Shown here: positions 1-13,182 of the stretch, piece by piece
Numbering within the stretch: position 1 is the first letter of the stretch
Layout: every line of letters begins with the position of its first letter
Assembly: GCF_023055435.1 (NCBI RefSeq)
Contig: NW_025964334.1
Location: forward strand, 2,232,001-2,296,000
Reading direction: 5' to 3'
Length of the DNA: 64,000 nt
From: Haliotis rufescens
Lineage: Eukaryota
Made by a program: the position numbers and the translations under genes
Notes under the pieces: model-generated
Database searches by the model: none
Seen by the model: only the letters and a program-made list of their open reading frames with translations
What the model was told of the DNA's origin: nothing

Positions 1-255
1 TTGGTTTGTTTGTTGTTTAAAGCCGCACTTAGCAATATTCCAGCTATATGACGGCGGTCTGTAAATAATCGAGTCTGGACCAGACAATCCAGTGATTGAC
101 ATCATGAGCATCGCTCCACGCAATTTGGATCGATGATATGCATCAACCAAGTCAGACGACCCGATCCCGTTAGTTGCCTCCTACGACAAGCATAGTCGCC
201 TTTTTAGGCAAGCATTGGTTGCTGAAGACCTATTCTACCCGGCTCTTCACAGGTC
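1..255 (-). mobile_element. SINE-like family 1 ((AAAC)n tail); other copies ~4478-4643, 5640-5768, 13745-13968, 25963-26224, 34018-34240, 45677-45810, 51905-52070, 56403-56659
   Basis: Recurrent cagcaatattccagctatatgacggcggtctgtaaataatcgagtctggaccagacaatccag core. Confidence 0.85.
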
Positions 256-957
256 CTGTTACTTATGGACTTCAAAAAGCATTTATAACGGATTTTAATC
301 TTGTGTGAATTCTTTAGTGTTTCCAGAGGTTGATGTCTGTGGGACCCCTTATCCCAATACTTGTTCATACTTTGTGTCGAAATGATAAGAAATAATAAAC
401 ATATTAAAGGTACACATATTGATATATTAAATATCTCTGGGCACAGTTTGCAGATAACACCATATGTATGTTAGATGGTACCGAACGCTGCCTATATGCA
501 GTTATGTATAGGTTAAGGTACGAAGATGAGGTGGTCTTGGTGCATGTTGATAGACCGCAGGGGTAGTCAGGTAGGTCTATCTACATGCGCCATGACCGAG
601 TCTGAGGACCTTCACCGGCTTATAAACTGAGGGAATATGGGATTTTAAGGAAAAATACTCCCACCCCTCTATGAAAATGAGCTGGACCGAATGATTTCAT
701 TAGATAGCTACACGATTTCAAATACTATTTTTAAGGATCGTTTTGAAAAAGAATCTTTAGTAATATCTTTATTAATCAAAAGTCCGAATATGTTTTCTTT
801 GTAAAAGTATATACAAATGTGTCATCTCAGGCGACGCAGCGTATCGGTGACATTTTGCACGTGCAGTTCATGACTGTCATGCATAAGAGCACATGTTATC
901 GCGTTGAGACAGCGGCGTGTGACACACTGCCAGTATCGTGAGACGATATCAAGTATC

Positions 958-1573
958 ATGAAGTTTGACGAGGATTTATTTCTGACTCAAAGTAAGTTTA
1001 TTGATGAAGAGAAAACAGAAGATACTGAAGGTGTTTCCGTTTGTAAACCTCTGCAGTTTGGCGACCCTGTAGATATAGAAAGAATCCAAGGTATGGTGAA
1101 CGAAGCAGCCCCGGCGAACACCATCTACAAGTATGAGTGGGCTGTTTCTCTATTTCGTAAATGGCAAAATCACCGTCTTCTTCTATCAATTTCTCAAATT
1201 TGGAACTGTCACGAGATTGCTTGACCACGAATATAACTGATATGCCCGACGTTTTATTAAACGAGGCCTTGCAACATTTTGTATTTGAGATCAGACGTGG
1301 AAACGGCCAAAACTACAAAAGTCAATCCCTGTATGGAGCATTTTGTGGAATTCAATCGTATCTCCGCCCGAAAGGAAAACTGATAAACTTGTTTGAGGAT
1401 GAAGCTTTTGAAGATTGTATAAAGGCACATATGCAGCCATCACCCCATTTCTGTCTACGGGGCATCGTAGTTCTCCAGTGAGACTGTACAAGAGGACAAA
1501 TTCTGCGATGCTCGAGCAAGGACGAGGAAACCAAGAAACGTCCAGTCACCGTTGTTGTCAACTTTAACATGTA
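958..1573 (+). mobile_element. Internally deleted Crypton-like (DUF3504-type tyrosine recombinase) relic
   Basis: NT..KYEWAVSLFRKW, L.HFVFEIRR.NG.NY...SLY...GIQ.YLR; the mirror copy keeps TGHRSSAVRLYKR; frameshifted. Confidence 0.65.
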
Positions 1574-1753
1574 AATTGATGATATTAAACTGATTAAAAA
1601 AACGTTGTTTATTGTATTTGAAAAGCAGTCATGCTCAGGTCAGCAGGTCAGTATAATTTTCAAAAGTAGATCAATTTAAAAATTTGCTTCATATATTATT
1701 TCTACTTGCTTTCACTACTGAACGCAAGACTGCTGACAGAAATCTAGTTGAGC

Positions 1754-1914
1754 AGACCTGGACGTCACCAGGGTAGGTCTATCTATGAATTAGGAGACCT
1801 CGTATAAGGTCTATCTGTGATTTAGAGACCTCATATGAGATCTTTAAATCACAGATAGACCTCGAACGAGGTCTCTAAGTTACACATAGACCTACCTTGG
1901 TGTCGTCCAGGTCT
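1754..1914. repeat. ~160 bp near-perfect palindrome (MITE-like); mirror at ~54610-54770
   Basis: agacctggacgtcaccagggtaggtctat...tcatatga...atagacctaccttggtgtcgtccaggtct. Confidence 0.85.
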
Positions 1915-2029
1915 TACCGCCAGGTTATAGCACGGTGCTAAACAAAGGGATGACGTCACCAGAGGTAAATAATGAAAATTCTAGAAAAATATGCACGGTT
2001 CGCTGAACGAAAGTTAACACAGACAAAAC

Positions 2030-2970
2030 TAGAATTCTATGGATAGGGTTAAAACAATGTTCGAGAATATAAGTTTATCCGCAATGGAAATTGAACAGGG
2101 GCCCTTTTCACAATTTAGTTTAGACCTTGATGAAATAACCGACGTTAACTATGGTGATAAACTTAAATCATGTGAAACTCTGACGAATATTTGGTCTGCC
2201 AAAATCTTGACGCCACTTGGAAAGAAATACCATATCAAAATCCAGTATTGTACCAAAACAAAACCGCCTGTTTTCTTCTATACTTAATCCACCAGACAAT
2301 GTCATTGATAGTTTTCAAAATAAATACTTTAATTTTGTTCGGAGAAATAAAAAAAATGGTGTGCGATGTTTTAAAACAAAATATAATGGAACTAAACCAT
2401 TATCGTTTGAAACCAAATATTCTCCCAAATATAACAATCATATTTTATTATGATCTGATTTTAGCTTGATTTGACTTCACTGAAGATATTCCTCCAGTAC
2501 ACAATGAAGACATTCTCGGTCAAATGGTTTGGCACAATAACCACATTACATTTGATAAGGAAAGCATATTTTATGAAAGATGGAACATGAAGGGAGTCTG
2601 GTTGATCAACGATTTAAAAGATAAAAATGGCAATTTTCTTACTTTTCCGAAATTCAAAGAGGTTTATGACACCAATTTTCTTGAATTCTTAGAAATAATA
2701 AGTTCTGGGTTTTGTCAACAATGGAACGTATGACTTTGGTAAATTAGAATTAGAAAATATACCACATGTGTTCTTGGAATGTAAAAAAATTCGCCAACTT
2801 GGGAAATACTTGGAAAGTTGGCTTTTTCAGAAAACAAAATTGAACAACGTTCTTAACAAGGAGAATATATTGTTTGGTTTCCCGGAAAGAAATAATGATC
2901 CTTTAAATATAATAGTAGTATTTGTTAAGAAACTCACATTCCAAAATATTCAACTTAAACTGTCATAATA
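2030..2970 (+). mobile_element. Decayed L1/Tx1-like ORF2 C-terminal fragments; mirror ~53565-54490(-)
   Basis: IWSAKILTPLGK, VWHNNHI..W..KGV..INDL, HVFLEC..LESWL..ENILFG motifs with frameshifts. Confidence 0.65.
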
Positions 2971-3159
2971 CTATAATGTAGCAAAATGTGCAGCTGTTTG
3001 ACCAGAATATTGATAAATTTGCAAGGTAAGATCAACATGCAAAAAAAATTTAAAAGGAAAAAAAGGTTCATACACTTGATGTGGTGACGCGAGTTAATAT
3101 ACTTTAGTTAAGTCTATGTTGCAATGGAGACATTTAGCGAGTGAGTGTGGTTTTAAGTC

Positions 3160-3379
3160 GTCGGTGCTGTGGTGGTTGGTGAAGAGATGGAGACGTCGGA
3201 CACAAATGTGACACATGAGGCTTCTTTGCTGCACTTAACATCTGTCCATTCATTGTGCCTGACACAGTGATCCTATAAGGCTGTAATGAGCTTATGGCTG
3301 CCGTTTCCAGGTTTTGCAGTTCAGCGGCGCTCAGTATCATACACATGATTGCTATAATACAATACCCGACGGGGGACAT
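3160..3379 (-). pseudogene. Orphan exon-1 relic of the same gene family, with its upstream region to ~3640
   Basis: MSPVGYCIIAIMCMILSAAE..QPYRITV, then a frameshift; donor lost and replaced by a SINE tail (aaaaccacactcactc); no downstream exons seen. Confidence 0.75.
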
Positions 3380-3839
3380 ATCGCCTTGCTTTCTGTATCT
3401 TACATCAACTGCAGCACTTCCTGACTCTTGCCCAGTCTTCGGTTAATGTCAATATCAATAATTAATCAAGTATCTCTAAAATGAATGGAATAAAATTCCA
3501 AATGGCACTTGATTAAAGATCAACAAATATGAGCTTATCTTAATCACAGAAAATTGAATAGATAAAGTCTAATGGTATCATATTAAAAATTATTGGATAT
3601 TCAAGATTGGCTAAGTTCTGCAAGTCGCCCTAATTTGTTATCATTGTTGTCTCACGTATACGTGTCACTGATGGCATACTAACTAAAGTTTGCTGAGGAT
3701 CAAGTTGTGATCAGCCAACAAATAATGAAAAATCCCGTCACACAATGATTGGACAGAGACATGGGTTTGCATGTATTGTGACAAAATCGTTGCAGATCAT
3801 TATCAGAGTGATCATTAACATTTGTTGCTGAGGATTGCA

Positions 3840-4475
3840 ACAAATGAATGCACTTATGCCCCCTCAGCCACAAAGGTGTCACGTTACAAACGTCTTCCAA
3901 GACGTAATCTCAGCGTAATCGTCTCCGGGAGGCTGGTCTCCGCTTACTGACCCTATATCACAAGCAGGCACTTTTGGATTGGGCTGAAGATCATGTCAGT
4001 TGGACAGACCAGGGCTGGGCTCCAGTTCTTTCAGGATTCCAACGTAGCCGAGCATGACCACTTTGCAGGGGGGTCAATCACGATATGGGGAGGGATCAGT
4101 AAAGCGTGAAGAACCGATCTCCATGTCTTACAACGGGGCGTGATGCCAGGTGTGCGTTACAGGGATGACATTCTTGATGTGTACTGGTGCAAGTCGGACC
4201 GGGCTTCATCATTGACGAAAACGCTCAACATCATCGTGCCAGTGTCTTTCATGCCTACTGCTAGCAGGAGACCATTGTCCATATGGAGTGACCATCCCGA
4301 CCACCAGACCTCATCCCTATCGGACCCTATGTGGAACGAGCTGCAGATCGATTTCTCAAGACTCCCTGTCCTTCAAACTCTGAAGCAACTGAGCAATTTT
4401 CTTACTGAAGAGCGGAACAATATTCCGATGGCAACCATCCAGACACTTATTGGGAGCATGAGTACAACGCTGCAC
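3840..4475 (+). mobile_element. Decayed Tc1/mariner transposase; mirror ~52075-52820(-)
   Basis: GGSITIWGGIS, GVRYRDDIL and decayed WP..SPDL..MWNEL motifs. Confidence 0.65.
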
Positions 4476-4879
4476 AAAGCAATATTCCAGCTATAAGACG
4501 GCGGTCTGTAAATAATTGAGTCTGGACCAGGCAATCCGGTGATTGACATCATGCATCAGCGAGTCAGCGAGACTAACGACTTGATCCCGTTATTCGCCTA
4601 TTACGACAAGACAAGAGCTATTCTAACCCGGATGTTCGCGGGTGACGTGCCATTGGTTGTAGGTTGACATTCAAGTTCTATCAAATAGGGAATTGGCTCT
4701 TTGATTGTAACGGGCCGTGAATTAGTGGACAAGAAATCTAGTGATGCCATTTTGCATTTACTAATTTTGTTGATACAAAATCGACATGTTAATTTGGAAT
4801 TTCACCTGCTGTGTCAAGATATAACTCATCAAAGTATAGTACAAGGATAATTTATAAATGATATTTCTCTACTTTATTC

Positions 4880-5480
4880 TTCCACATGTTTAGCATAAAA
4901 CCTTTTGAAAGCTTTACTGAGGCCTGGAATGTTGTAACCTTGATGAAACAACTTTTGACTTGAATCCTTTTGCACAGATCTATGATATTGTCTATAGCAG
5001 AGATCTATTACACATACGGGGTGGAAAATCATTGAAAGGGAATTGATTGTTAGATAATCGTTGTTCCGGAAACTTAAGTTAAACTTTTTGGCCAAATTAC
5101 CTTGTTTTGACTTTGCGAATCCGAACAGAAATTCCGATCCATATGCATGATGAAACAGATCCGCAAGGACGGAAGTACAATTAGTGCCCTTTCAGATGCC
5201 TAATTCTGCCAAATTGTCTTACCCCTAAATTGTACATGAGATGCTATCAAAGAAGAAGTCTAGCATTTCACAAACTGTTTTCTCTGTAGATGTCATTTGC
5301 CTTCTTTTTTTACAAATTATCTGAACATCAGAAGACAGATATGTAACTGTATCTTTGGTCACCACGTTTTGTAACGAAAGCCCAATGGATCAAGGAATGA
5401 AGTTGCTCCTTAATTTTGTCTTTTTGGATAGTGATGTAACAAATATTTTCACAGAATTGAACCTGGTTCTTTTCTGAGAT
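4880..5480 (-). mobile_element. Decayed Penelope-like RT fragment; mirror ~45975-46600(+)
   Basis: GTNC..ILADLF, FNLSFR..DD and KLF.QGY....L.K.F.RF motifs. Confidence 0.55.
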
Positions 5481-5899
5481 TGTAAACAGCAAACTGAAAG
5501 CAATCGTTAAAGTCGTTAAAGCGTAGCATATGTTCAAATAATTGACGGACAATGGTATTGTGCCGACGGGCCACCTAAATAGGGTAACTCTATTTGACTG
5601 TTTGTATGTTGTTTAGTGTCTGCAATATTGCAGGAAATTCACGCCGGTCCGATCGTTGCTTACAATATTGATCACTAGCTTGTCTGGTCCAGGCTCGAAT
5701 ATTTTCATACAATCGTCATATAGCTGTATTATTCCTGAATGCGGCGTTAAACAAGAAACAAACAAAACATATTATGGTCGTTTTCCATGTAGTAACAAAG
5801 TAAAATTTGTCACTCTGACTATTACAAGCAAGAGATTTAATTCAGTTTGATTTATCAGAAAATCGCACATGAGGAAAGTTAAATATATAATATATGATA

Positions 5900-7310
5900 A
5901 TTCCATGTATGGCAACAATATATCGGAGGAGGATTTGACAAATTCTGAGATAAGGTCATCTTCCCCTGGAGATTAACAGTTGTTTAGTTTATAGATTGCT
6001 TCTTGTATCTCTTCTTGGGTGATCGAAGAATCCAGCATTATAGTCAGTATCAGAATTGTCAGTCTGTTCTGGCAAATTAGCGTCACATTCTTCAAATAAG
6101 TTCTTGAAATACGAAAACCATTCTGATATATTTACATTTTCCTTTTTGAAGACTTGGTTGTATATTTCTTTAGCACAGTCCAAAACTCTTTCGAGTTATT
6201 TATATTAGCTAGTAACATGTCTCTGACAGATGCATCATATAGTCTCTTTTTGTTCCTTATTAAATCATTATATGTATTGCGTTGAGTAACGTATAAATGT
6301 AGTGATTCACTGTTCTTTGATCTTCTAAAACATTTCAGTAGCCTCAGCGTTTCTGATCGATTGAAATCACATTCTGAGTCAAACCATGCTTGACCTGATT
6401 TTATAGGATAAGCTTTCTTTATTTTCTTCATGAAATAGCCTGTAAGATAATGCTATCTATAATGGAGTTGTTCTTCGCCAATCTTCTCAAGAGCTTCTGT
6501 TCAAAATACCATTCTTTTACTTATGTTTGAACTAGAAAAATGCCGAATATGCCTGTAGTTATTTACATCATTTATTGGTCCTTTTTTTGTGCATAGGAGT
6601 GATTACACCAAGTCTCAATTCCTTTTGAAAATACAATGTTTCGAGAATTGAATTGAAAAGAGTTAACAAATATGGAAGTAAGATGTCAAGAGAAGATTAT
6701 AAGAAATCTGTTATCAATTCATCGTTTGCTGAAATTTTATTGTTTTCCTAATCATGAATAGCAGATGATATTGGTTGATCCAGCATATATTTGGCAAGAG
6801 TGCACTCATCTACTATTTGAGTCAAGTGAAAATCTTGGCTTGATTCAGCACCACTTAATACATCTTTAAAATGACTCACATTCCCAGTCAAACCGTTGCC
6901 TACTTTATTTACCTGGTTTAATGTCCCGCATCATCTTTTCCCCAGTCTATATATTTAAGTACATCAGTAACATTCTTATGCTATCATCAATGTCCATACG
7001 TACAAGATCGAAAGCCGTTTTAATCATTCACGAAGATGTATCGGATAAACGATTATTAAGAAAAACTCCTTCCAGTCAACAATTTTGATTTAAAATAAAT
7101 TTGTTTATGGTTGGTTTTGATCCTAAGTGAAGCGCTCATGTGGACATTTTGTGGTGACGATGCTGTGACTAATGTCGTGAAATTACATCAAATCTTTTAC
7201 AAAATTAAAAAATATCACTTGTGTTAATCACATAATCAATTACACTTGCTTCTGTACTACTTATAAAAGTATAAATCCCTTTACCTAAACAACTTCCACA
7301 AGACGTGCAC
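5900..7310 (-). mobile_element. Decayed RTE-X-like ORF2 fragment
   Basis: YTFISSTEASVIDY, WFDSEC..R, LIRNKKR..NSKEFW; similar to the intact element at 47920-51393. Confidence 0.7.
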
Positions 7311-7849
7311 ATATGTTGATCAAACATTTGTATATAACATGTTGCTGAAAATTATTCTTACCTCGGAATGCCCACAAGATATTCTTTATTTCGCGTTTCT
7401 TCAGTTTCATTATCATCACCAATTACCTATTTGTTATTGCTCCATATGATACGAATGTTGAAAAGCAATTGTGACATTTATAAGTATTAAAAGCACAACA
7501 TCATAATTCCAAGGTTTACTCAAGAGAATCATTCATGTATTTTAGCATTCACTGATAAACATCTTTCGCAGCCTATATCATGCATCCCTCTTAATATCAC
7601 GTCCAATTATCCAAAATAGAAACAAGACAATGATTTCAAACTCTCGCCCTTGCCCAGTAGAGTTTCAAGGCTTGGGTTCAGCATTAACCTGTTTTCTTCG
7701 CCTTTGCGTGTGTTTGTGATGGGTGCCACCGGTGGGGCAGGATGCGTCATCTTTTCGCGATCACCTGGTCATAAACACGTGAACATCATTTAGTCGGAAT
7801 TGTACAATCGACTCTAGATATTTCTATTGGATATGGATAGGGTTTTGTT

Positions 7850-8400
7850 GCTTTATTCCGATGTTCAATGGGGTTTATGTCCGGGGATTTGGAAGGCGGA
7901 GCACAAGTCACTGCTCTGCATAATAAAGAGTATGTGAAACTAGCTGTTTCTAGATTATCATGCTGGACCACGGGCTTCTTGTGACCATGTTGCCAGAGAA
8001 GCTAAATCAGAAATGGATGAAGAATTGCGTTGACATAAGGTTGGCCATGAGGTTTCCAGGTACAATGACAAGCTGGGATCGAAAACGAACGTTGAAGGCA
8101 CATACCACTCGATGACGTCGGGCTCTGACGTTGAACCAATATTCATCATGGCAATGACATTCGTCAAACCTCACTGCCCAAGAGGACAACCTGATTCAGA
8201 CCAATGATGTCTTGTGAGCCTGTGTCTCTGTGATTCAAGATCTGACCCTGGAAAGGACGGTCGACGTTCCCCTCGTCCAAATTGCGAGACTAGCAGTTGA
8301 GGCAGCTGTTTGGAGATTTTTCTAAAAATGTTTGAGTCAACGACATAGCATAATCAATCACGATTATCCGCCGAATCAGAGTCCATTGGGTCTAAAACGC
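7850..8400 (-). mobile_element. Decayed Tc1/mariner transposase; mirror ~38960-39455(+)
   Basis: QLVIVPGNLTRQRYVNAILHP (mirror copy) and SKSPDINPIEH motifs. Confidence 0.65.
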
Positions 8401-8949
8401 AAAATAGCAGAGAAAAAATATACTCTGCAAAAAAGAAACGCCAAAGTGATTTTAGATATATATTTTATTCTGTGAAATGTTGTCAAAACACAGAATAGCT
8501 GCATTGATCACACAAACATTGCAAAGACTACGAGGTGTCTCCTCAAGTTATCAACAGATCGAGGCAGTTGTATATACGCACACACCTTTTGTCGTTCCCG
8601 GTTATGTAACAAACATTTTAATTCTATAAAAATATTGAAATATATGTCTAATATGGCTTTCAGTTTTAATTTTCAATTAAAGTATTAGCTTGGCGTAGTT
8701 TACACCCCTCCAAATCAATGCAACAATATTCGCTATATCCACTACTGTGGTATCAGAAGTTCCTGGATGACTTTCCAAATGTATTCCAGAAATGTGAGAA
8801 GTGTAAAGATGCTTGGAAAATCTAATAAAATATAGTTTTGTCAGTGCCAAGTAAACTGTATGGTGTGCTACTACAGGTTGTTGAATTTCTTCAAATGACA
8901 CCACAACCAACACACTGATAGCACTCGGGAGATTCCTATATATATTACA

Positions 8950-10582
8950 CATTGTAGATCAACAAAATCATGTTCACTGGATCCTCTACCAACTTGGCTT
9001 TTGAAGAAATGTCTCAACGAAACCCTACCAATAATAACACAACTTGTGAACTCATCTCTATCTGATGCTGAAGTGCCAAGTGCCCTCAATTTTGCTCTGA
9101 TTTCGCCAATCTTGAAGAAGCCTCAATTAGATCATGAGATCTTGAAGAACTATCGACCTGTGTCGAACTTATCCTTCATTTCCAAAGTTTTGGAAAGGAT
9201 AGTAGTGAACCAGCTCGTTGATCATATCCAAAGTACTGGAAATATGGAGGATATGCAGTCTGCATATAGGCACTTTCATAGTGCTGAGACTGCACTTGTT
9301 AAAGTGCAGAACGATCTCCTACAAGCAGTGGGTTCAAAAGGAGCGGCTATATTAGTTCTCCTTGACTTATCAGCCGCCTTTGACACTATAGACCAATCCA
9401 TAATTCTATCATTATTAGAGGACAGGTTTGGAATTACAGGAAATGCTCTCGCGTGGATGCAGTCATATCTCTCCGGGCGATTCCAATCTGTTCAACTGAA
9501 AGGCACAACATCTAAAAAGTCGAGCTAAAAAACGGTGTTCCCCAAGGTTCAGTGTTTGGACCTTTGCTATTCCCAATCTACACCTCTTCCCTTGGTGAAG
9601 TGGTCCACTCACACGGCATTACATTCCATTTGTTTGCTGATGACACACAGAGATTCTTGTCATTCAAACTTACAAACGAGGTCTCGTGTGAACTTGCATT
9701 TGCAGCTGTCATGTCATGTGTAGCCGATATCAAACTATGGATGAGAAACAATTTTCTCAAATTAAACAGTGACAAAACTGAACTTGTCATCATCACCTCG
9801 AAGGCATCACAACACAGGTTGACAATACCAGAGTTCAACATCGGCGGAATTGTTATTGAGCCAAGCTACCAAGCAAGAAACCTTGGGGTTATCTTTGATT
9901 CAAACCTGACCTATGAGGCACACAACAACAAAGTCTGCAAAAAAGCATTTCTCAACATCAGGAACATCAGTCAAGTGCGACGCTATCTTAACACCAAGAC
10001 AGTCACTACTATTGTACAAGCGTGCGTGCTATCACACCTTGACTACTGCAATGCCCTTCTGGTAGGATTACCGAAACACCAGTTCCAAAAGCTTCAGCGG
10101 GTACAAAACTCTGCTGCCAGACTGATCACAAGAGCCAAACGCTGTGAGCACATCACACCGAATCTGAAAGGTCTACACTGGCTTAAAGTAGAACAGAGAA
10201 TATGGTTAAAGGTTCTCGTTCTTGTGTCCAAGGCACAGCATGGTCTTGCTCCAAGCTACCTGGAGGATCTCATCATACAATACCAGTCAACAAGAACCCT
10301 ACGATATTGTGATCAATCGTTGCTTGAAGTGCCACCATCAAGAACAATCTCCTACGGGGATCGCTGCTTTGCAAGGGCTGGTCCTCTTCTTTGGAACACC
10401 CTGCCCAAAGAACTCAGAATGCTCAGTGAACTTAACAGTTTCAAAAAACATCTGAAGACACACTTGTTCAGCAAAATATATACGGCCATACCAACTGTGC
10501 GAGCTTCAAGAGCGCATTTGAGCAGTCAGTCTGGAAACTAGCGCTATATAAATACCAAGTTAATAAAAGTTAATAATAATAA
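8950..10582 (+). mobile_element. 5'-truncated L2/CR1-group LINE RT with one frameshift
   Basis: [65 protein letters not shown]; (TAA)n tail. Confidence 0.92.
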
Positions 10583-13041
10583 TATACAACCGGATTCGAG
10601 GAAATCGTGCCGAAACCGGTGCACAACAGATCAAGTGTGGAGTTCATACATTGATCCATGTAATCACAGAATTTATGAAAAGATCTGTGCAGAGTTTGGA
10701 GTTTCGCCCCAAACCAATTGGGTTAGGCATCCCAATGTCAGGATATAAGACTGTCAAAGAAGTAAGCAATGATTCACTTAAAGGGACGTACTGCAACAGG
10801 GCTTGGTTCTATCTAGCAATCAGTGGAGAATGAATTTTAAAGGAGATGTAGTATTCGCAGTTCATTACACAACCGACAGAGACCGAAAATGTTTGGACAA
10901 CATACATTCTAGATAATTCAATTAGGTTTACTCAACCCGCTGTTGAAAACACAATGATTCAACCATACGTTACGTCTGGGCAATAGAAGGCTCCCAGTCT
11001 CAAATGTGATCACTCATCTAAGGTAAGTGCACGGCCTTCTTTGCAGGGTTTCCCAGAGCTTGACCTAATGACTTTTGTATCCAATCTGTTACATTATTAT
11101 TATTTCCCGGTGTAGAGGGTGCAGCAGAATCCCCCAATCCCACGAACAAAGTCTTTTCTGTTAGCAGATGTGGCTTCAAAATGAACTGGCTTTTCAACTT
11201 CTAAAATGTTTGTTATATTTGATGTTATTGTGGATGCACAACTCAACATAGTGATGGCGGATTTGTCCAAATAATCTATTAAGTTGATTGTAACATTTCG
11301 TCATTAAGGCTCCCTCCACATTCCATTGTAGGTTGGAGAAGATTATCATCTATAAAGCTCATCTCATCAGTATCGGCATCTGGAGTTTTAATATTTTATA
11401 AATCAATGTCAATATTTATATGAGAGATAAGAAAATGTGCCTAAATCAAAATCACTCATTGCCGGTTCGGTTTCCAAATCTTAGTAATGATGGAATAGTT
11501 CAAGGGATGGCTCGCCTTGCCTTTACAAGTTAGTTTGACTAATTAGTTTGTTGTCTAGAACGTAGGTTGTGCAATTCTAAAGAAAACACAATCATGATCA
11601 GTGGTAATGAGACGGCTCTCATGTGTGCCACGAATGTGAAAATCTATTTTGACACCAGCAATAACCAGAATGCGAAAAAACTGCATAAATACTAGGTTAA
11701 CAAACATAGCCTTAGCGGATGTATTTGGTTTCCATTTAAATATTCCCCTCGACTCTGAGATACTAAAGAGTCACATGCCATTCAATCAGGCAACCCTTGA
11801 TGACATGGCGTCAAAGTAAAACATCGATAACATCTCGTAGGAATTTGAAATGGGGACAGGGCCTGAGCTGCCAAGCCAAATCCGAAGTACTCTGAGCGCA
11901 AACAGTGAACAAAAGTGACAACCAATGGAGTATCAACATAAATGTGCCTGCCAGATCGATGTAGGGAATTGTTATGTTGTTGGAATACCCTTCAGCACCA
12001 TGGTCCAGAGAATCAGAGGTGTTCTACAACCCCCACATTACCAAATTAGAGGGGGCATTTTCTGGCCAGAACAATGGGGTAAGCCAGAACATTATTGGTT
12101 CTGGGTCGGTGTAGATGCCCGCAGAGAAGTAAAAACGTGAACGTGATAATTCAAAGAAGGATCGGAATCAGAGATGACATAAAACAATAACTCTTTGAAT
12201 GATCGAAGGGTGGGTACAGCTTTTGAGATCGCAAGATAGAAGTGCTGAAGATCGGAATAGAAATTGTGTTTGAAACCTACAAGCGCATGATGCTGCGATA
12301 CGTTTACAAACAATTTACCCAAACGCCTATACAACTTGTAAATATACTTGCATGTTTAATTTTAAACCAGAGGGTTGAGGGCATACACGTTGGTTTATTA
12401 TGAATCTACATACACTCAGGGATAAAGGGATGTATAACTTACAGTTGTTTTTACCATGTGTTTGATTTTTATATGAAAATATATTAAGTCCACGATATTA
12501 CGTCTCTAACATTAACTGTACTCGCGCTACTCATCACTAAAAAAATACTTCCAAATAGTTGTATTTTTTAAAATATAATTTGATTTAAACCTTTTGTTAT
12601 TTTTAGCATTAGATACAAACTGCTGATGAGTATCTTAGACATCTTACCTTTGAAAATCAATAAAATTGCTTACATTATTTCATATATAGTAGGAGTCATA
12701 TAGTTGCAATTTCATTTCTTACCACAGTTTTCATTGTACCAAGTTAGTTTTACACAAATTAACCCAGCCATAGATTACTTTTCTACAAGATTGTTGCAGG
12801 AATGAGTGATGGTGAAATAGACGTGATCAAAATTGAACAATTGAAGATAACGTCATCCATCGTTTCTATCATCATAGATGGTCTTATGTGGCGTCATTCT
12901 AACCGTAGACTGACTGAGCTGATGTGATCGACGAAAAAAACTTGAATTCCCTCTTTTAGTAGTACACAACGTGCACTTTATCGGCATATAAATGAAATAC
13001 TACTGAGGCCAGATCAAGTTTAATATAAGTATCTCCTCGTT

Positions 13042-13182
13042 TTAACAACTCTGACAATGTCGATCAAGGTATTTGATAGAGATGCAACTGACTCTGACGT
13101 TCTGTTTCATAAGGATGCCGTCGATACTCGGAACTCCTGTCTTGAACGAGTGCATAACCACAACCCTGGAATCCACTGTTAC
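13042..13182 (-). CDS. Copy A exon 5 (galectin C-terminal strands, stop)
   Basis: VTVDSRVVVMHSFKTGVPSIDGILMKQNVRVSCISIKYLDRHCQSC*. Confidence 0.82.
   Translation of the reverse strand, partial: VTVDSRVVVMHSFKTGVPSIDGILMKQNVRVSCISIKYLDRHCQSC

Noticed and set aside
10600-12340. Short ORFs conserved between arms (e.g. 11925..12140 / 35839..36054)
   Set aside because: Conservation is explained by the recent duplication. I recognised no domain or splice model; possibly an old transposon remnant.
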